DNA of 64,000 nt, taken from the NCBI RefSeq assembly GCF_001194135.2, contig NC_068998.1:29203337-29267336 (forward strand), in the 5' to 3' direction. Source of the DNA: Octopus bimaculoides. Lineage: Eukaryota. The notes beneath the pieces are model-generated. The model was not told the origin of the DNA, ran no database searches, and saw only the letters and a list, made by a program, of their open reading frames with translations. Within the stretch, counting starts at the first letter, position 1, and each line of letters opens with the position of its first letter. Of the stretch, positions 58,160-64,000 are shown piece by piece. Both the position numbers and the translations under genes were made by a program.

Positions 58160-59634
58160 TTAGTTGCTGTGTCTTTTTTCAATACCTTTTCTGCTTTTAA
58201 TTCCACACATCATTTTGCCTATATACTTTGTAATTTTGCCTTCTTCCCAGTATTGTTTTCCATTTTTATATAACCTCATGTACACCTTATCACCAATTTT
58301 GAAAAATTTTGCATTGTTTTTCCTGATACTTTTTCTTTCCTCACCAAGTAACAGTTTATCCAAAACTGATTTCACCTTCCTTGTGAACATCAGTTCTGCT
58401 GGTGAGCTTCATGATGGTGTATTTGGGTTCAGTGTCACCCTGTAAACCCTTAAGAGTAACTTCATCTGTGACTTAATTGTTTGCTTTTCTCAAAGCTCTT
58501 TTCAAAATGTCCACAAAACGTTCTGCCTGTCCATTTGATCTGAGGTGGTAAAACACTATCGTTTTATGTTCTACCACAAATATTTCGCAGAATTTTCTAA
58601 ATTCATGGGACACAAATTGTGTCCCATTATCAGATACACTCATGTCTGAGATGCCAAATCTTGCGAATAATTCATGCAAAAAATTTACTCATTCGGAGGA
58701 GTGTCTTTTGCACTTAACAATTTCAAGCCATTTTGTAAAACTGTCAACTACTACTAAGTAGTGATAACCATTTAATGGATCCACAAAATCGATATGTAGT
58801 CTTGAGCATGAACTTCTTACTTCTGGCCAAGGCCCCCATTTTTGAGTAGGCAATTTCACAGCCAGGGCACATCCTCTGCAGCCTTTTACTACGTTTTCAA
58901 CTTCCTTGTCCATCTTCGGCCAATTCACATAACTGTGCATAAGCACTTTCATCTTTGCGCTCCCCAGATGTCCAATATGAAATTCTTTCAACATTCTTTT
59001 TTGCAAAGTCTCAGGTATCACTAACCTTGGCTATACATTAGTACGCCATCGCATTCTTGTTTCTTGTATGTATTGGATTCCTTTCTAGGATCCATAATTT
59101 GTTAGCAACAGGTGATGGTCTGTTTGTAGTCTAAACCATCATACCATGTATAAACCTGTGGAACTTTTTTATGCCAAATATAATCGCCAATGCCTCTTTT
59201 TCAATTTGGCAATAGCGTCCTTGATGCATGAGCTATGGCCTTTTGGCTGCCTTCTTCCGATTTGTGTAGGATAGGAATACTGTACCTACCCCATACTCAC
59301 TAGCATTGGTTGCCAGTATCGTTTCCAACTCCGGATTGAAGTGTGTAAGTGACAAGTCTGAAGTTAACATGCTTTTTAGTTCCTCAAATGCCTTCTGGCA
59401 TTTTTCTGACCAAAACCATCTGACATCCTTTTTTAACAGCTCATTTAGTGGAGCCCTTGTGTTGTGTATGTTTGGGATATATACTTGATAGTAATTTACG
59501 AAGCCTAAAAATGCTTGTAACAATTTGACGTTCGTTGGGGGAGGCATATTCCATATTGCCGTCGTCCTTGATGGGTCTGGCCTTCGTCCCTTTTCATCAA
59601 TTTCTTGATCCAAATATTTGATTTTTTTCGTCAA
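58160..59634 (-). pseudogene. Disrupted Gypsy pol remnant (RT end, RNase H, integrase zinc finger/core/C-terminus)
   Basis: LQAFLGFVNYY...W.EKCQKAFEELK...LTHFNPELETILATNASEYGVG; QIEKEALAII; LKEFHIGHLG...NWPKMDKEVENVVKGCRGC; LHIDFVDP...LVVVDSFTKW; SDNGTQF; SNGQAERFV. Multiple frameshifts. Confidence 0.9.
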
Positions 59635-59893
59635 AAATTATTTTTTGATACATGGTCTGGCAAAAATGTATTTTCCAGTTTTGTTACCAACTTCATTAGG
59701 TGTAGCATTTGTTGTTGTTCTTGTTCTTTGAGTTGTTGTTGCAGTTTTTGCAACTCAACTAGACTCTCTAACAAGTTTTCCAGAATTTTACAGATTTTTT
59801 GTAAAATATGTACAACGTTTGTTACTCCTCTGCTGAGTTTTTAATTTTTCTATGAAAAATTTTTAAAAGTCATCCAAGTGAATTGTTTATGTG

Positions 59894-59903
59894 CTCATTG
59901 CCA
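59894..59903 (-). promoter_or_regulatory. Primer-binding site, decayed tRNA-Ser(GCU)-type
   Basis: TGGCAATGAG lies 1 nt inside the 5' LTR boundary. It differs from TGGCGACGAG by two CpG-type transitions. The tRNA assignment is from recalled tRNA-Ser(GCU) 3' ends. Confidence 0.6.
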
Positions 59904-59904
59904 C

Positions 59905-60232
59905 TGTTATAATGTGGATTCTTATCCACTTTTATGTTATTGTTGGCACTGTAATATTCTTGTCAGCACTATTATGTTGTGGTGATATTCCATGTCTTAT
60001 TATCTTTGACTCGTCTCTCGTGCTATCGCTGATAGCTCTACAAGACAATGACTTATCTACCTTGACTGTAACTCGAACTCGTATATGTCACATAACTGAC
60101 ACTGACTCCAACTGAGAACTCGTATGATTCTACTACTACTGACTTGTTGCAACGACTGACTGTCTGACTTTATAGTGGCTGATTCATACTACTTTGTCAC
60201 GTGGGAAGGGGAGTACCATTTTCACTACAACA
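59905..60232 (-). repeat. 5' LTR of the Gypsy element (328 bp)
   Basis: Direct repeat of 57540-57889; TG...CA termini. Confidence 0.9.
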
Positions 60233-60418
60233 CTGTGGATAAAAGAAAATACAGGAGGATCAGTTAATTATGATTTTATTCAACATATTCCCCTCAGGTT
60301 CACACACAGATTACAGCAGTCCTTCAGTTTTTTTAAGTCCTGTAAAAGAACTCAGAAGATTGGGCTTCCAACCAGGTCTTTCATGATACCCTTAAAGCCA
60401 GGAACTTTTCAGCACTAC

Positions 60419-60463
<45 letters not shown>

Positions 60464-60521
60464 TAGCAACAATGCATTCCAGCATTGCCAGAGTGTTATG
60501 ACCTACAGCCATATTGTATTA

Positions 60522-61256
60522 CTAGCTGACAGACCCAGTAATTCCCAGGAAAGCAGGGCTTATTCCTTGATTCCATTCTCATAATTGTTTCACTAATCCA
60601 ATAACAAGAATACAATGTATGTAGCCCTTAAAATGTTTTTTGTGCATTTACAGACAATACTGAACTGTCTTTCACAGGGTCTTGTTTTCTAGGAATTCCC
60701 AATAAGTTATGAATACCCAAATTGTGAAGTCAGCTATGTAATAACATGAAATTAGTTACCCGATAGTAAGAATTCAAATAAGGTAGCCCCGAAAAGAGCT
60801 TTAATGCATTCACAGAATGTATAGAACATAGGAGGAAATACTAATAAGGTATGTATACTAAAATCATGAAGCGTGTTACGTAATAACAGGCTAATCAGAT
60901 ATGAGATAATAACAATTCAAAGTAAATAACTCTGAAAAGGGCTTTTGTGCATTCCCAGAGAATATTACCCTCAGGGGCGCTATTGTTAGTATATTCATGA
61001 ATAAGTCACTGACTGAAATAAGTGGATCTATTGTTTAGATTGGCTTTATAATAAAATATATTAGATATATATAAGGATCCCTTCTAGGGGCCCTATTATC
61101 AATCTTTTTCAACAATCTGAGTATGCCATGAGGTTACCAGACATGAGTTCTACTCATGTGTCAAGTTTCATCAAAATCAATAAAACTATGTAGGAGAAGT
61201 TAACTAACAACTCCACAAACACACCCACAGACAGAATTTCCCACACATGTAGTAGA
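60522..61256 (-). mobile_element. Non-autonomous Helitron-like element
   Basis: The minus strand reads A|TCTACTACATGTG... at the 5' end and ...ctgggtctgtcagCTAG|T at the 3' end, with a degenerate subterminal hairpin. Confidence 0.6.
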
Positions 61257-62521
61257 TTTGTTCCTTTCAAATGGGTAGAATCAGCAAAGCTGATATATAG
61301 TGAACTGGATTACTGGCATAACAGAAGTTATTGTTTGTTTAAAAGTGAAGTGGGGAGGGTACAATTTGCATGGGTTTGCATGAAAGTGCTTTCTGTTCTT
61401 AAGAAGGATCACAAACATTTTCAAAATTTTAGTTTCCCTACTTCCCCACTGGAGTTTCTTACTTTGTAACTTTTTTGTGAACTTCTTTTTTTAATCATGT
61501 AGAAAAATACAGAGATTATGAATCTGGGAAGTATATATTTTTTTAAAAGTTCAATTTTTCTTAAAGAAACACTCAATGCCCCTTCCTCCAGATTGCACAC
61601 CCATCACCTACCCACTTTCAAAAGCTAAAAACACCCAATGTTTCACTTTCATGTGATGTTTCACACATGCATNNNNNNNNNNNNNNNNNNNNNNNNNNNN
61701 NNNNNNNNNNNNNNNNNNNNNNNNNNNNNNNNNNNNNNNNNNNNNNNNNNNNNNNNNNNNNNNNNNNNNNNNNNNNNNNNNNNNNNNNNNNNNNNNNNNN
61801 NNNNNNNNNNNNNNNNNNNNNNNNNNNNNNNNNNNNNNNNNNNNNNNNNNNNNNNNNNNNNNNNNNNNNNNNNNNNNNNNNNNNNNNNNNNNNNNNNNNN
61901 NNNNNNNNNNNNNNNNNNNNNNNNNNNNNNNNNNNNNNNNNNNNNNNNNNNNNNNNNNNNNNNNNNNNNNNNNNNNNNNNNNNNNNNNNNNNNNNNNNNN
62001 NNNNNNNNNNNNNNNNNNNNNNNNNNNNNNNNNNNNNNNNNNNNNNNNNNNNNNNNNNNNNNNNNNNNNNNNNNNNNNNNNNNNNNNNNNNNNNNNNNNN
62101 NNNNNNNNNNNNNNNNNNNNNNNNNNNNNNNNNNNNNNNNNNNNNNNNNNNNNNNNNNNNNNNGAAAAAATCAAGGGGGTGGGGTGCAAATGTCACCATG
62201 GACAGGCTAGAAATAAGAGGTAAAGGACAGGATTTTGTGGAAAACTTCCTTTTAAGTTTATATTGAAGATCAAGTTTTTAAATACACTCATCACAAACAC
62301 AAATTACAGAATAGAAAAAGGTGATTTCAATTGGATTTGAGCTGTAATTGTGCATGTGTACATAGCAAGAAATAACATAATTCATACAGAAGTTTTACCT
62401 AGTGTGTGTGTGTGTGTGTGTGTGCCAAAGGAAGTTATTTTATGGCATTCTTTCGTTTGAAGCAGAAAAGTTGCAAACTCGATCATATGGCTGATCATAC
62501 GGGATCATAAGATTTTTCATT

Positions 62522-62674
62522 AATTTCCGTAAATTTTTTATATTTCTTTATGCTTAGAAGAGAGCAGAAATTGAAAGAGAGAGGAAAGTGAAAAGGCAAC
62601 ATATGCTTTGAAGTGAGAGCAGAATGTAAAAGAGAGGAGAAAGTGAAAGATGTATGTGCTTGTATATGAAATGG

Positions 62675-62709
<35 letters not shown>

Positions 62710-63600
62710 ACTGAGAGAGTGAAGGTGTGTATTGTCATGTATGTATTTTTTGCACGTATGTGTAAGTGGGACTCACTCTCTCTCACACACACACACACAT
62801 CTTTCATATACCCGTACATATATACATATGCATACATCTTTTTTGTATGTATATGTACATGTGCCTGTGAGAGAGAAAGTGAATGTATTTCCTCATAACA
62901 TATAGAGAAATGGACGTCTTCTAAGGTTCACACATCGTCATTGTGGTGGTATAAAATGTCATTTAGGATAGTTGAATTATAGAAAGATTACAATGTTATA
63001 GATTTGTAATGCAAATATGTAAATGAAAGTAAAGTTTATTTGTTAGCCAATATGTCAAAATCAGTAATTCAGTTTTTGAATGTATTTGTAAATTTCCGTA
63101 AATTTTTTTCATTTCTTTATACTTTGAAGATAGTAGAAATTGAAAGAGAAGTGAAACTGCAACATTTGCTTTTAAGTGAGAGCAGAAAGTGAAAGAGAGG
63201 AGAAACTGAAAGATGTAAGTGTATATGAAATGGACGTGTGTATGTGTGTTAGAGAGAGAGAGTGAGTGAGTGAAGGTGTGTGTTGTCATGGATGTGTAAG
63301 TGGCACTCATTTGGTCTCTCTCTGTCTCACACACCTCTTTCGTATACACATACAAAAATACATATGCATGCATCTTTTTTGTATATATATGTGTGCATAT
63401 GTGAGAGAGAGAGAGTGAGTGAGTGACTGTATTTCCTCATAACATATAGAGAAATGGATGCCTTTTAAGGTACACACTCATATAGACGTTGTTGTCATGG
63501 TATAAAATGTTTACGATAGTTGACTTATAGATCATAATGTAAAATTCTTGTAATGTAAATATGTAAATGAAAATAAAGTTTATTTGGTAGTCATAATAGA
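62522..63600. repeat. Diverged tandem duplication of a ~560-bp microsatellite-rich unit
   Basis: aatttccgtaaattttt at 62522 and 63091; the units are colinear through ...gtaaatgaaa(g/a)taaagtttattt at ~63020 and ~63560. Confidence 0.8.
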
Positions 63601-63604
63601 TAGA

Positions 63605-63622
63605 TAGACAAACAGACAGGCG

Positions 63623-63654
<32 letters not shown>

Positions 63655-63730
63655 GACGGACGGACGGACGGACGGACGGACGGACGGACGGACGGACGGA
63701 CGGACGGACGGACAGACAGACAGACAGACA
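63605..63730. repeat. Compound (GACA)n/(GACG)n tetranucleotide microsatellite
   Basis: Directly visible. Confidence 0.95.
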
Positions 63731-63759
63731 TAGTTGAGGTGTATTCCATTAAGAACATA

Positions 63760-64000
63760 GAGTACAAAAACAGGGAAAATATTCACCAATGCGAACATGA
63801 ACTGCAAAAGTAGAAATCTAATCTACTGCATCAAATGCCCTAATTGTGATGAACTGTACATTGGCCAGACAGGTAATGCACTATCGGAACGCTCACGGGT
63901 GCATTGACAACAGATTAAAAACCCAGAAGTCCGCCAAATACCACTGAGTAACCATCTGGCAACATGTGGTCATCAAACTTTTATTATATTTCCATTCCAT
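63760..64000 (+). mobile_element. Penelope-like element GIY-YIG endonuclease fragment, runs off the window
   Basis: FTNANMNCKSRNLIYCIKCPNCDELYIGQTGNALSERSRVH*QQIKNPEVRQIPLSNHLATCGHQTFIIFPFH; one in-frame stop. Confidence 0.85.

Larger units (their letters stand above)
57540..60232 (-). mobile_element. Gypsy (Ty3/Gypsy) LTR retrotransposon, internally deleted, both LTRs present
   Basis: LTRs at 57540-57889 and 59905-60232 (TGTTATA...TATAACA / TACAACA); order RT-end, RNase H, integrase; 5-bp TSD CTCTG/CTGTG with one mismatch. Confidence 0.93.
57510..60422. mobile_element. ~215-bp mariner-type MITE split by the Gypsy insertion
   Basis: Perfect 17-bp inverted core GTGCTGAAAAGTTCCTG (57517-57533) / CAGGAACTTTTCAGCAC (60399-60415); left end preceded by TA. 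The MITE sequence occupies 57510-57539 and 60233-60422. Confidence 0.75.
4230..62163. other. Assembly gaps (N runs)
   Basis: Large gaps at 4230-4361, 21215-21481, 22687-23426, 31772-31949, 32937-33628 and 61673-62163; 10-N gaps near 9535, 16705, 19064 and 30083. Confidence 0.98.

Noticed and set aside
51863-64000. Search for upstream exons or a promoter of the TTC31-like gene
   Set aside because: The region is almost entirely repeats, and I found no convincing exon ending in phase 1.

Overview
This is repeat-dense, AT-rich metazoan genomic DNA from a gapped draft assembly. The SINE families, (CAT)n-tailed RTE LINEs and microsatellite style suggest an Octopus genome (inference). The only host gene is on the minus strand. 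Eight GT-AG exons (51862-51772, 42783-42733, 37774-37684, 35732-35628, 29823-29733, 25116-25005, 13837-13748, 9846-9744) join in frame into 244 codons with no stop. The product has three TPRs, a UBA-like domain, a linker and an RRM, and the TPR block resembles TTC31. Both ends of the gene lie outside the window or in gaps. The introns are packed with decayed mobile elements: about ten copies of an RTE LINE whose ORF2 carries a C4HC3 (PHD-type) finger after the RT core, three Penelope-like remnants, an internally deleted Gypsy element nested in a mariner MITE, two non-autonomous Helitrons, Tc1/mariner fragments, MITEs and SINEs. The best leads are: (1) several minimal hammerhead-ribozyme-like motifs with palindromic stem III, one nearly intact at 31472-31511 and a set spaced once per unit in a ~345-bp tandem array; (2) the TPR-UBA-RRM architecture; (3) the PHD finger inside RTE ORF2; (4) inverted LINE copies bracketing a frame-preserving RRM exon; (5) a 99-bp telomeric-repeat MITE whose empty site is present in a nearby paralogous segment. 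All repeat boundaries and identities were judged by eye, with no database search.
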